Assembly: GCA_043750125.1 (NCBI GenBank)
Contig: JAYVCD010000296.1
Span: forward strand, 1 to 16,129
From: Archangiaceae bacterium
Lineage (GTDB): Bacteria > Myxococcota > Myxococcia > Myxococcales > Myxococcaceae
DNA length: 16,129 nt
Reading direction: 5' to 3'
This document shows, one piece after another, positions 1 through 7,495 of this stretch. The notes below the pieces were generated by a model. It ran no database searches. It saw nothing but the letters and a program-made list of their open reading frames with translations, and was not told where the DNA came from. The translations under genes and the position numbers were made by a program. Numbering within the stretch: position 1 is the first letter of the stretch; each line of letters begins with the position of its first letter.

Positions 1-543
1 TTCCACCACCGCCTCGAGCGCGCGCGCCAGGTAGTGCAGCACCGACAGGTCAGCCCGAATCTGTTCTCCGATTCCCGGCCGCTGCACTTTGACCACCACC
101 TCTTTTCCATCGAGGGTGACCGCGCGGTGGACCTGCGCAATCGATGCGGCCGCGATGGGAACCGGGTCAAAAGTCGGGAACAGCTCTTCGAGGGGCCGGT
201 GAAACGCGTCCGTAATCTGCTGCCGCACCTGCTCGATCGGAAACGGCGGAACCTGGTCCTGCAGCGTCGCCAGTTCTTCGATGAACTGCGCCGGGAGCAG
301 GTCCGCTCGGGTCGACAACACCTGCCCCAGCTTGATGAACGTCGGCCCCAATTCGCTGAGCACCATCCGGAACCGGCGAGCGACCGACTCGGCCCGCGAT
401 TCCGCAGTCTGCTCGGTGATCTCTTTGCGGCCCAGGCGCGCCCACAGGCCCGAACGCTCGAGCACATCGGCAAAACCGTGACGCCCCGCGATCACGGCGA
501 TTTGTCGTACGCGGTTCAGGTCCTGAAAGGCCTCACGGATCAC
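1..543 (-). CDS. ubiB: AarF/ABC1/UbiB family atypical kinase, N-terminal part (runs off the left edge)
   Basis: Manual translation from GTG at 543: [24 protein letters not shown]...[21 protein letters not shown]...[12 protein letters not shown]...[13 protein letters not shown]...VVVKVQRPG. It has the KxGQ motif, the A-rich loop (AAASIAQV) and the VxVK lysine of ABC1 kinases. An in-frame TGA at 556-558 limits the start. Confidence 0.93.
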   Translation of the reverse strand, partial: MIREAFQDLNRVRQIAVIAGRHGFADVLERSGLWARLGRKEITEQTAESRAESVARRFRMVLSELGPTFIKLGQVLSTRADLLPAQFIEELATLQDQVPPFPIEQVRQQITDAFHRPLEELFPTFDPVPIAAASIAQVHRAVTLDGKEVVVKVQRPGIGEQIRADLSVLHYLARALEAVVE

Positions 544-642
544 AGCCGCAAACTGTCACGAGCTTGGGACCCGGGCAATTTGTAGACGTTGCAGGCCCGC
601 CCGCACCCGCTCAGGGCACGCGGGATGCAACTTTGTCGCCCC

Positions 643-3138
643 ATGCGAGTCGTTCACGGGCTGGCGGTGCTGCTGTCGATTGCATTTTCGTCCCAGGCGC
701 GCGGGGAACCGCCCAACCCGAATTGCCTTGCCGGGGACCCGTTCAGCTGTCTGGAAGGCGAGCCCTCGCTTTCCGCAGCCACCCGGGCCTGCGATCTGGG
801 GCAACCCGTGGGCTGCCGAATCGCCGGCGCGCAATGGATCAATGCCAAACCCGACAAGCCGGCCCTCGCGCTGCGGCTGTTCGACAAAGCATGTGAGCAG
901 GGCGATTCGATTGGCTGCTACCAGAGTGGCCAATTGCTCAGCGATGAGGGCAGCGCAATCGGAGACGTACCGCGGGCCTTTGTCGTCCTCTACCGAAGTT
1001 GCCGCCAGGGCTATGGCCCCGCGTGCACCCTGGTGGGGGCCCTGCACGCAGACGGAGTCGGACACCCGAAAGATTTCACCCGGGCTGCGATTGCGTACCG
1101 AAACGGCTGCGAACGAAGAGACCCGCGCGGCTGCATTCTGCTGGGGCGGCTGCTGGTCCGGCCGGCCGACGCCGCCGCCGCCTATCATCAGGCGTGTCAG
1201 CTCGAGAACGCAGAAGGCTGCGTGCAGCTCGAGCTGATGAAAAAGAAGGGCATCGTTCCCTCGGCCACCCTCACGCCGCTGCTGGACCCGATGGTGGAAG
1301 CCGAGCGGGCCTCGCGCAACAAGCCGGGGGGCCGCAATGCCCTGCCTTTTACCGAAGTCCGAGATTGTGCGCAGAGAACCCTCGAGCCCGCGTGTGTCCG
1401 TGGCGATCTCGCGGTCTGCCAGCAGAGCGCAGATCTTCAGCAGAACGGCGGCGACGGCGCGGCCGCCTACTGCATGCGGCGGCAGGCGTGCGAGCGCGGC
1501 GACGGCTTTGCCTGTGAACAGCTGGGGCTGGCGAGCGAGGCGGGCCAGCTGCCCAGCTCTCTGGAAGTCGCCCAGGGTTGGTATGAGAAAGGCTGCCTGG
1601 GCGGCAGCGCCCCGTCCTGCGCGAGTGCCGTTCGTCTGATCGATAAGGTGGATCCTTGGGCCACGGCCAACCAGCGGGCGACCCGGAAGCTGGCGTTGAC
1701 CCTGCGCGGCTGCGCCCTGGACAGCGCGGGGGACTGCCTGGTCGTCTACCAACGGCTGCTCACGAAGATCCCCGACCCCGTCCTCGCCCACCGCGCGTGG
1801 ATCACTTTGGGCCGGTGGTGCGAGAAGGATCCGCGCGAAGGTCCGGCCTGCGCGGTGGTCGAAGACCGGCGCAAAGCCCTGGTCCTCGAGCGCGACTGCC
1901 ATGCGGGCAAGGCGGTGGCGTGTCGCGAAGCGGCGCCCTTGAATCCGGATCCTTCGAGAGCGAGCGCGTTGTTGGGCCAAGCGTGCGCATTGGGAGACTG
2001 CCAGAGCTGCCTGGGCAGAAAAGCTGGGGAAGCAGTCCCGGTGGCCGAGGTCCTCGCCAACCAACGGAAGGCGGCCGAAGTCTGCCCGGCCGAATGCAGG
2101 GCCGCCGCGGTCCAGGACATCGAGCCCAAAGCGTGCGGGTACGCGGTGCGGGCCCTCGCGCAGCTCGGAGGACCGAAGAACGAACGCAGGGCGATTGGCT
2201 TTGCCGAAGAGCAATGCAAGCGCGGCTTCACCTGCGAGCTGTTGGCCGAGCTGTTCGTCGTCACCGAGACACTGGCTGCCGATGATGAAAAACGCGTGGG
2301 AGCCTTGCTCGACCGCGCGTGCGCCAACCACCGGGCCGGCACCTGTCAGGCCCACGCCGAGCTCGCCTTGATTCGTCCGGCCCGCGCGCTGTGCAGGCGC
2401 GGCGAGGTCGAGGGCTGCCTGAAGCTCGCAGACCAGCTGAAGCTGTCCGCCGTCGAATTCCCGCAGGTCAGCGTGGCGTGGGAACGCGCCTGCAAGCTCG
2501 GCTCGAACCTCGGCTGCGTTCGGCACTGGGCCAGCCTGGGCAGCGCGCTGTCCCGCGACTCGACAGCCGTCGAGGAATCTCACCGCAAAGCCGCCGACGC
2601 CTGCCAGGCGGGCGAGCTGCAGATCTGCATCGAGCTGGCAAACCATCTCAAGTTTAGATCTTCGGACCCACAGGCGCTGGCCGAGCTGAAGGAAGTCGCA
2701 GAGAGGGCAGTGACCGCCCTTCGGATTCAGTGTGATCGCGCGGACAGCGACGCGTGCGAGACAGCGTTCAATTTCCTTCAGTTCAAAAAAGAGCTCGACG
2801 GCCCCACCCGGGCCAAAGAGTTTCTGCGCAAAGCGTGCGAGCACGGCGCCGGAACCCGGTGCGTCGAGCTGGCAGAGCAGTGCGTGCGAAGCAAGGACCC
2901 CACCGGCGCCGCCCAATACGAAGTCAAAGCCTGCACCCATGGCAGTTCAGCGGGGTGTCGAATGCTGCTGGAACAGCGCAACACTTTGGCCAGCGATCTC
3001 CGGGAAGAGGCCGACCGGGCGCTCGGTGCGGCCTGTGGAAAAGGCGCGCTCGACGCCTGCGAGCTCGCCGCCGACGCTGGAATCGCGCAGCGCCCCCCGG
3101 TTTCAGCAGCCCCGCCCGGCCCGCTGAGCGCCAACTGA
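643..3138 (+). CDS. Secreted cysteine-rich Sel1-like repeat protein (Hcp-type, about 831 aa)
   Basis: ATG 643 gives a signal-peptide-like N-terminus (MRVVHGLAVLLSIAFSSQARG); ATG 625 is an alternative. By hand I count about 51 Cys and about 20 C-x7-C units such as KACEQGDSIGC, RSCRQGYGPAC and RACKLGSNLGC. One Sel1-style GVGHPKDFTRA segment is present. Confidence 0.85.
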   Translation: MRVVHGLAVLLSIAFSSQARGEPPNPNCLAGDPFSCLEGEPSLSAATRACDLGQPVGCRIAGAQWINAKPDKPALALRLFDKACEQGDSIGCYQSGQLLSDEGSAIGDVPRAFVVLYRSCRQGYGPACTLVGALHADGVGHPKDFTRAAIAYRNGCERRDPRGCILLGRLLVRPADAAAAYHQACQLENAEGCVQLELMKKKGIVPSATLTPLLDPMVEAERASRNKPGGRNALPFTEVRDCAQRTLEPACVRGDLAVCQQSADLQQNGGDGAAAYCMRRQACERGDGFACEQLGLASEAGQLPSSLEVAQGWYEKGCLGGSAPSCASAVRLIDKVDPWATANQRATRKLALTLRGCALDSAGDCLVVYQRLLTKIPDPVLAHRAWITLGRWCEKDPREGPACAVVEDRRKALVLERDCHAGKAVACREAAPLNPDPSRASALLGQACALGDCQSCLGRKAGEAVPVAEVLANQRKAAEVCPAECRAAAVQDIEPKACGYAVRALAQLGGPKNERRAIGFAEEQCKRGFTCELLAELFVVTETLAADDEKRVGALLDRACANHRAGTCQAHAELALIRPARALCRRGEVEGCLKLADQLKLSAVEFPQVSVAWERACKLGSNLGCVRHWASLGSALSRDSTAVEESHRKAADACQAGELQICIELANHLKFRSSDPQALAELKEVAERAVTALRIQCDRADSDACETAFNFLQFKKELDGPTRAKEFLRKACEHGAGTRCVELAEQCVRSKDPTGAAQYEVKACTHGSSAGCRMLLEQRNTLASDLREEADRALGAACGKGALDACELAADAGIAQRPPVSAAPPGPLSAN

Positions 3139-3143
3139 AAAAT

Positions 3144-3992
3144 TCAAGTTAACAGGTTGGGCAGGTGCTTCTCGCCACGTGAGGCGGCCGAGATGATCGC
3201 CGCCAGCTGATCGAGCCCATCGGTGAGACATGCGGGGCCGGGCTGCAAGATGAGCGGGCTCTTGATTTCGTACAGCTGGTTGTTCGTCACAGCCGAGACT
3301 TCGCGCCACCCGGGCCGGGCGAGGATCTTCTCGCGCTTGACCTTCCGGCCACACCAGCTGCCAATCACCACCTGCGGGTCTCGCCGGGCGATCTCTTCGG
3401 ACTCGAAGATCCGGCCCCGCGCTCCTTGCTGGGTCCGGGTCTCCAGACAGATGTCCTGTCCTCCGGCGAGTTCGACCAGCTCAGAGCACCAGCGAATTCC
3501 GCTGATCAACGGCTCATGCCATTCTTCGAAGAACACGCGCGGCCGCTGGGGAAGCGCGCTGGCCTTGTCGGCCACCTCTTCGACGTGGGCCAACAGCTCG
3601 GCGGCCAACGCTTCGCCCGCTTCGGCTCGCCCCACCAGCGCGCAGGTCGCTCGCACCGTCTGAAGAATCTCTGCCACCGAGCGCTGGTTGAAGAGCACCA
3701 CCGGGACTCCGCGGCGCGCCAGCTCTGCGCCGAGCTCGGCCTGAAGGTCCGAGAAGCCGACCACCACATCGGGCTTCAGCTCGAGGATCTGATCGAAGTT
3801 GGCGTCGAGAAAGCTCGAGACCCGGGGCTTCTTGCGGGCCTCGGGCGGGCGAACGGTGAAGCCGCTGACCCCGACGATCAGATCCTGAGCGCCGATGCGG
3901 TACAGGGTTTCGGTCGTCTCTTCGGTCAGACACACCACCCGCCGGGGGTAGCGGGGAGCGTGGGCAAGCAGGGCGCGAAGCGAGGTCGACAT
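3144..3992 (-). CDS. BtuF-like / helical-backbone metal-receptor family protein (cobalamin or Fe-complex binding fold), no signal peptide
   Basis: Motifs PRRVVCLTEETTETLY, IVGVSGFTVRPPEA, ILELKPDVV, RPRVFFEEWHEP, ELVELAGG, RDPQVVIGSWCG and ILQPGP match class III substrate-binding proteins. The N-terminus has no hydrophobic core. Confidence 0.82.
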   Translation of the reverse strand: MSTSLRALLAHAPRYPRRVVCLTEETTETLYRIGAQDLIVGVSGFTVRPPEARKKPRVSSFLDANFDQILELKPDVVVGFSDLQAELGAELARRGVPVVLFNQRSVAEILQTVRATCALVGRAEAGEALAAELLAHVEEVADKASALPQRPRVFFEEWHEPLISGIRWCSELVELAGGQDICLETRTQQGARGRIFESEEIARRDPQVVIGSWCGRKVKREKILARPGWREVSAVTNNQLYEIKSPLILQPGPACLTDGLDQLAAIISAASRGEKHLPNLLT

Positions 3993-4002
3993 GGCGCGCT
4001 CT

Positions 4003-5151
4003 TCAGGGTTGGGAGGCGCCCTCGTACGTGATCGACGCCTGAGACATCACGTACTCCACCGCCAGCAGGTGCCAGGCGGTCTGCGCCATCTGGGCGGTCA
4101 GCTGCTTCGACTCGCGCAGGCCTTTCTTCACCTCGTCCGCGCTCAAACCGAAAGGCTCCGCCGAGATCGTCGCCAGCTCTTCCAGCTTTTCCGGGGTCAG
4201 CTGCAGCTTGTCGCGTTCCGTAATTGCTTTGAGCACCAAAGCAATCTTCAGTCGTCGTTCGGCATCGGTCCGGGTGAGCGGGTCAGTCAGCCACGAATCG
4301 AGGGCTTCTTGCTGTTCGGTCGAATCGAAGCCGCGCTCGACCAGCGCCTTCCCCTCGAGCTGACCCCAACGCCTTCGGACCTCTTCGTCGATCAGTGCCT
4401 GGGGAACCTGAACTTCCGACCGTTCGACCAGCGCGTCGAGCACCAGGTCCTGCCCTTCCAGAGTCAGGATGTCGGTCAGCTCGTCTTCGAGCTCTTCTCG
4501 AATCGCGTTCATCACCGCATCGAGGCTCTTGCCCTTGTTCATCGCCTTGAGGAACGCGGGCGCCTCGTCGTCGGGCTCGGTCACCTCGCGGGCGGCGCGA
4601 ATGTCGACGATGAACCGGGCCGGTTTCCCGCGCAGCGCCTCGACCGGGTAGTCGTCAGGAATCTTGAGCTCGATTTCCAGGCTGTCGCCGACCTTCTCGC
4701 CCGCGATCGCTTCGCTGAAGCCGGGCAGGGTGGCCTGGGGAGCCAGCTCGAGCCACAGGCTGAACCGCGCTGAAAAGGGAATCAGCTTTCCTTCGCAGTA
4801 GCCCAGGGTGTCGAGCTGCACGTCATCACCCAGCGCGACCGCTTCACCGGCCGCGCGATCTCGAGTCTTGGCGTGGGTGCGCTTGAGCTCGTGAAAGCGG
4901 CGCAGCAGATCGTCCTGAGTCAGGTCCGCCGGCATCGGCACGGTGACCTTCAGGTCGTCGGTAGAGGGCGCCCGGACCTTCGGGAGGTCCACGGGCGTGA
5001 CTGCCAACGCGTCAGCCATCGGCCCCATCTTCAACAGGTAGGGCAGGCCTTTGGGCTTCGAAGACGGCTTCTTGCTCTTGGTCACGGTGTCTCCAGGGAC
5101 GAAGCCCGCCGCGCCGAAATCCCAAACAGGGTTGTACCGGCGGGTGCTCAC
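4003..5151 (-). CDS. Trigger factor paralogue (linker + FKBP-type PPIase + C-terminal chaperone domain) lacking the canonical N-terminal ribosome-binding domain
   Basis: Colinear with trigger factor from the linker onward: LKVTVP..DLTQDDL..FHELKRTHA, GDDVQLDTLG, LPGFSEAIAG.KVGD, IPDDYPVEALRGKPARF, LDALVERSEVQVPQALIDEE, AERRLKIALVLKAITERDKL. Only about 55 aa precede the linker. GTG start with AGGA about 7 nt upstream. Confidence 0.88.
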   Translation of the reverse strand: MSTRRYNPVWDFGAAGFVPGDTVTKSKKPSSKPKGLPYLLKMGPMADALAVTPVDLPKVRAPSTDDLKVTVPMPADLTQDDLLRRFHELKRTHAKTRDRAAGEAVALGDDVQLDTLGYCEGKLIPFSARFSLWLELAPQATLPGFSEAIAGEKVGDSLEIELKIPDDYPVEALRGKPARFIVDIRAAREVTEPDDEAPAFLKAMNKGKSLDAVMNAIREELEDELTDILTLEGQDLVLDALVERSEVQVPQALIDEEVRRRWGQLEGKALVERGFDSTEQQEALDSWLTDPLTRTDAERRLKIALVLKAITERDKLQLTPEKLEELATISAEPFGLSADEVKKGLRESKQLTAQMAQTAWHLLAVEYVMSQASITYEGASQP

Positions 5152-5171
5152 CGCCGATTCCTACCAGAGGT

Positions 5172-6143
5172 TCAGAAGAACGACCCGATGAAACCAGAGA
5201 CTGCGGAAACCCCGGCTCCGATCTGGCTGACGATCGGGATGTTGGTCGCGGCGGCAATCGACCCAACGGCGGTGATCACGCTGCAGACCTTCTTCCCGGT
5301 CGAAGCCTTGGGATCCATCACAGTCGCGACTGCGTTGGCGGTGTCGAATGCAGCGATCGCGATGTTCAGACCCGGAACGAAGCGGGCGCCTGCCTTGCCC
5401 AGCGTTCCTGCGGCGGCCTTGGCCCCGGCCTTCAGCGCGGCCTCTCCTGCTGCCTTCCCGCCTTCGCGCAGTGCTGCCCGCGAAGCGGCGCGACCGGCCG
5501 AGCCCGCGATCGAGGTGGCCAGCGTTCCGGCTTCCTTGGCTGCGAGGTGGGCGGCCTGGGTCGCGGCGCTCTTCACCGCTGTCTTGGCAGCGCCTTCGAA
5601 CGTGCCGACCATCGCGGCCTTCGCCGCTGCGGCGGTGACCCGCTTGCTCGCGCCCGGAACTGCGAGCTCGAACGCGCTCTTCGCGGCCTTATAGGTGCTG
5701 GTGAGCTTGTTGACGGCGATCGCGCTGGTGAGCGCGGACTTGGCGGTGAAGGCTCCGACTTTGGCCGCATCGAAGGACGACCACGCCGCGTGGGTGATGT
5801 CGCTGAGCGAGCCGGTGCGAACCGCCTGGCGAATGTCGGTGATCGCCGTGCCCACTTTGCCCGGGAACGTCGCCAGACCGGTGACGACCCCCAGCGCCCC
5901 GTCCGCGACCTTCAGCTTGCCCAGCAGGTTGAGCTTGCCGGTTGGATCCTGAGCCAGCTGCGCTGCGGTCTTGCCCGCGTGGTTCCAGGCGCCTTTGAAG
6001 CCCTTCTCGCCGACGTGCCTGGCTGCGTCAAAGCCATCGGTGACCGCCTTCTTCGCGACCAGCACGGTCTTCACCGCTTTCTTGGTGGTGTAGACGATGC
6101 TCTTGAACGGGTTGGCGAACTTTTTGCCGATTGAGAAATTCAT
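5172..6143 (-). CDS. Hypothetical Ala/Gly/Lys-rich amphipathic helical protein with hydrophobic C-terminal hairpin (candidate membrane-active secreted protein)
   Basis: 323 aa ORF with strong GC3 bias, ATG start and GAGG at 6156-6153. Roughly a quarter of residues are Ala and the protein is net basic. C-terminus: GARFVPGLNIAIAAFD...VITAVGSIAAATNIPIVSQIGAGVSAVSGFIGSFF. No Sec signal. Confidence 0.85.
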   Translation of the reverse strand: MNFSIGKKFANPFKSIVYTTKKAVKTVLVAKKAVTDGFDAARHVGEKGFKGAWNHAGKTAAQLAQDPTGKLNLLGKLKVADGALGVVTGLATFPGKVGTAITDIRQAVRTGSLSDITHAAWSSFDAAKVGAFTAKSALTSAIAVNKLTSTYKAAKSAFELAVPGASKRVTAAAAKAAMVGTFEGAAKTAVKSAATQAAHLAAKEAGTLATSIAGSAGRAASRAALREGGKAAGEAALKAGAKAAAGTLGKAGARFVPGLNIAIAAFDTANAVATVMDPKASTGKKVCSVITAVGSIAAATNIPIVSQIGAGVSAVSGFIGSFF

Positions 6144-6188
6144 GAAAGCGGGCCTCGCAAAAAAAGAAAAACAGCAGGACTGCTGAAG

Positions 6189-6215
6189 TTATCGGCTTAC
6201 TTCGGGTTTTGGTTC
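6189..6215 (-). promoter_or_regulatory. Putative sigma-28 (FliA/WhiG-type) promoter for the 6143-3144 gene run
   Basis: The minus strand at 6196-6189 reads GCCGATAA, an exact match to the sigma-28 -10 consensus, 45 nt upstream of ATG 6143. The -35 position (N15 upstream) reads GAAC, a poor match to TAAA. Confidence 0.55.
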
Positions 6216-6230
6216 TTCCTGACCAAAATC
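6205..6230. promoter_or_regulatory. Palindrome TTTTGGT-N8-ACCAAAA in the divergent intergenic region (possible regulator site)
   Basis: TTTTGGT at 6207-6213 and ACCAAAA at 6222-6228, with an outer G6205/C6230 pair. AT-rich in a GC-rich background. Confidence 0.4.
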
Positions 6231-6262
6231 AACATGTCAGCCCTGTCCGGTAGGGTCGAAAC

Positions 6263-7495
6263 GTGGCCGGCCTGACACTGTTACATGCAGCTGATTTACA
6301 TTTGGGCAGCCCTTTCCGGGGAATTGCGGCCCAGGGCGACCTGGCGCGGGTCTTCGCCGATTGCACCTTCGACGCCTTCACCCGGCTGGTGGACCTGGCG
6401 ATCATCCAGAAAGTCGACGGAGTCCTCCTCGCCGGGGACCTCTTCGATCAGAAAGATCGCTCGCTGCGGGCCCGCCTGCATCTGAAGGAACAGCTTCAGC
6501 GGCTCCACTCCTCGGCGATTCCCTCATTCCTGGTCCACGGGAACCATGATCCGATTGAAGGGGACCCCGGTGGCCTGGCCTTGCCTTCTTCGGTCACGGT
6601 CTTCGGGGCGAGCCTCGCCGAGGTCGAGCTGCCCGGCTATTGCGTTCAGGGAATCAGCTTTCCCACCGCCGAGGTCAAAGAGAACCTCTCGGCTTGTTTT
6701 GGTAGGCGGTCTGCCAAGCCGACCGTCGGGCTTCTCCACTGCAACCTGGGGGGGCAGGCCGGTCACTCGGACTATGCGCCCTGCTCGCTGCAGGATCTCG
6801 AACGGGCGGGTCTCGACTACTGGGCGCTGGGCCATGTTCACACCCGTTCGCAGCACCGTCTGGCGGGCAACGGCCTGGCCGCCTACCCCGGAAACCTTCA
6901 GGGTCGACACGTCAACGAAACGGGCGAACGCGGCGCGTTGTTGGTCACCCTCGATTCCACCCGGGAAGCCGCCCCCACCACCCGCTTCGTGGCCCTCGAC
7001 ACCGTCCGCTGGCACCGGGTCGAAGTGGCGATCGACGAGCTCGAGTCTCTCGATGATCTGATTCACCTTTGCCACTCGGCCATCGCCCGTGCAGTCGGCG
7101 CAATTGCTTCGATCGTCCGGCTCCAGCTGACCGGCCGGGGCCCGCTCCATGCGTCTTTCGAATCGGCGGAAAAGCTCTTCGAGCTCGAGGCCGCCATCCG
7201 GTCGCGCCTTCAAGGTGAGGTCTTGCTCGAGTCCCTGCGCGATGAGACCGGTTCGAGCTGGGAGCTCGAGCGGCTGATCGCTTCGGGAGGCCTGGTGTCC
7301 GAAGTGGCGCTCCAGCTTCGCCAGCCGCCCGCGAATGAACAGCTGGGGCGCCTGTGGGCGATGGCCGGGCTCGAAGCGCTCGACGCGGCGCTGCTCGAAG
7401 CCGGCCTGAATCCGTTGAAGGGACAGGCGGCCGCGCTCCACCACCAGGCGGCGACCCGCGCGGTCGACCTGCTCGAGGGGGATTCATCGCCGTGA
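6263..7495 (+). CDS. yhaO: Mre11/SbcD-family metallophosphoesterase (YhaO-like DNA repair exonuclease)
   Basis: All five phosphoesterase motifs are present: LLHAADLHLG, LAGDLFD, HGNHD, LLHCN and WALGHVH, plus YPGNLQGRHVNETGERG. GTG start with AGGG upstream. Confidence 0.92.
   Translation: MAGLTLLHAADLHLGSPFRGIAAQGDLARVFADCTFDAFTRLVDLAIIQKVDGVLLAGDLFDQKDRSLRARLHLKEQLQRLHSSAIPSFLVHGNHDPIEGDPGGLALPSSVTVFGASLAEVELPGYCVQGISFPTAEVKENLSACFGRRSAKPTVGLLHCNLGGQAGHSDYAPCSLQDLERAGLDYWALGHVHTRSQHRLAGNGLAAYPGNLQGRHVNETGERGALLVTLDSTREAAPTTRFVALDTVRWHRVEVAIDELESLDDLIHLCHSAIARAVGAIASIVRLQLTGRGPLHASFESAEKLFELEAAIRSRLQGEVLLESLRDETGSSWELERLIASGGLVSEVALQLRQPPANEQLGRLWAMAGLEALDAALLEAGLNPLKGQAAALHHQAATRAVDLLEGDSSP

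Noticed and set aside
34-585. 183-aa plus-strand ORF
   Set aside because: Antisense shadow of the clearly recognisable UbiB-family kinase.
556-2940. 794-aa minus-strand ORF
   Set aside because: Antisense to the Sel1-repeat gene, no motifs; long stop-free shadow frames are expected at high GC.
3136-3146. Possible terminator between convergent genes (TGAA-aaa-TTCA)
   Set aside because: Only a 5-nt gap and a 4-bp AT-rich stem formed largely by the two stop codons.
3991-6134. Plus-strand ORFs 3991-4773, 4873-5694 and 5547-6134
   Set aside because: Antisense to the trigger-factor paralogue and the Ala-rich gene, which have RBSs, operon spacing and better codon bias.
6197-6262. SOS/LexA box upstream of the repair operon
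   Set aside because: No by-eye match to CTGT-N8-ACAG or to the Myxococcus GTTCAG-containing box.
7354-7491. 46-aa N-terminal extension of the YhaN-like ORF
   Set aside because: It overlaps the nuclease gene; GTG 7492 has an RBS, a GTGA coupling and lies just before the conserved IDGFGHF strand.
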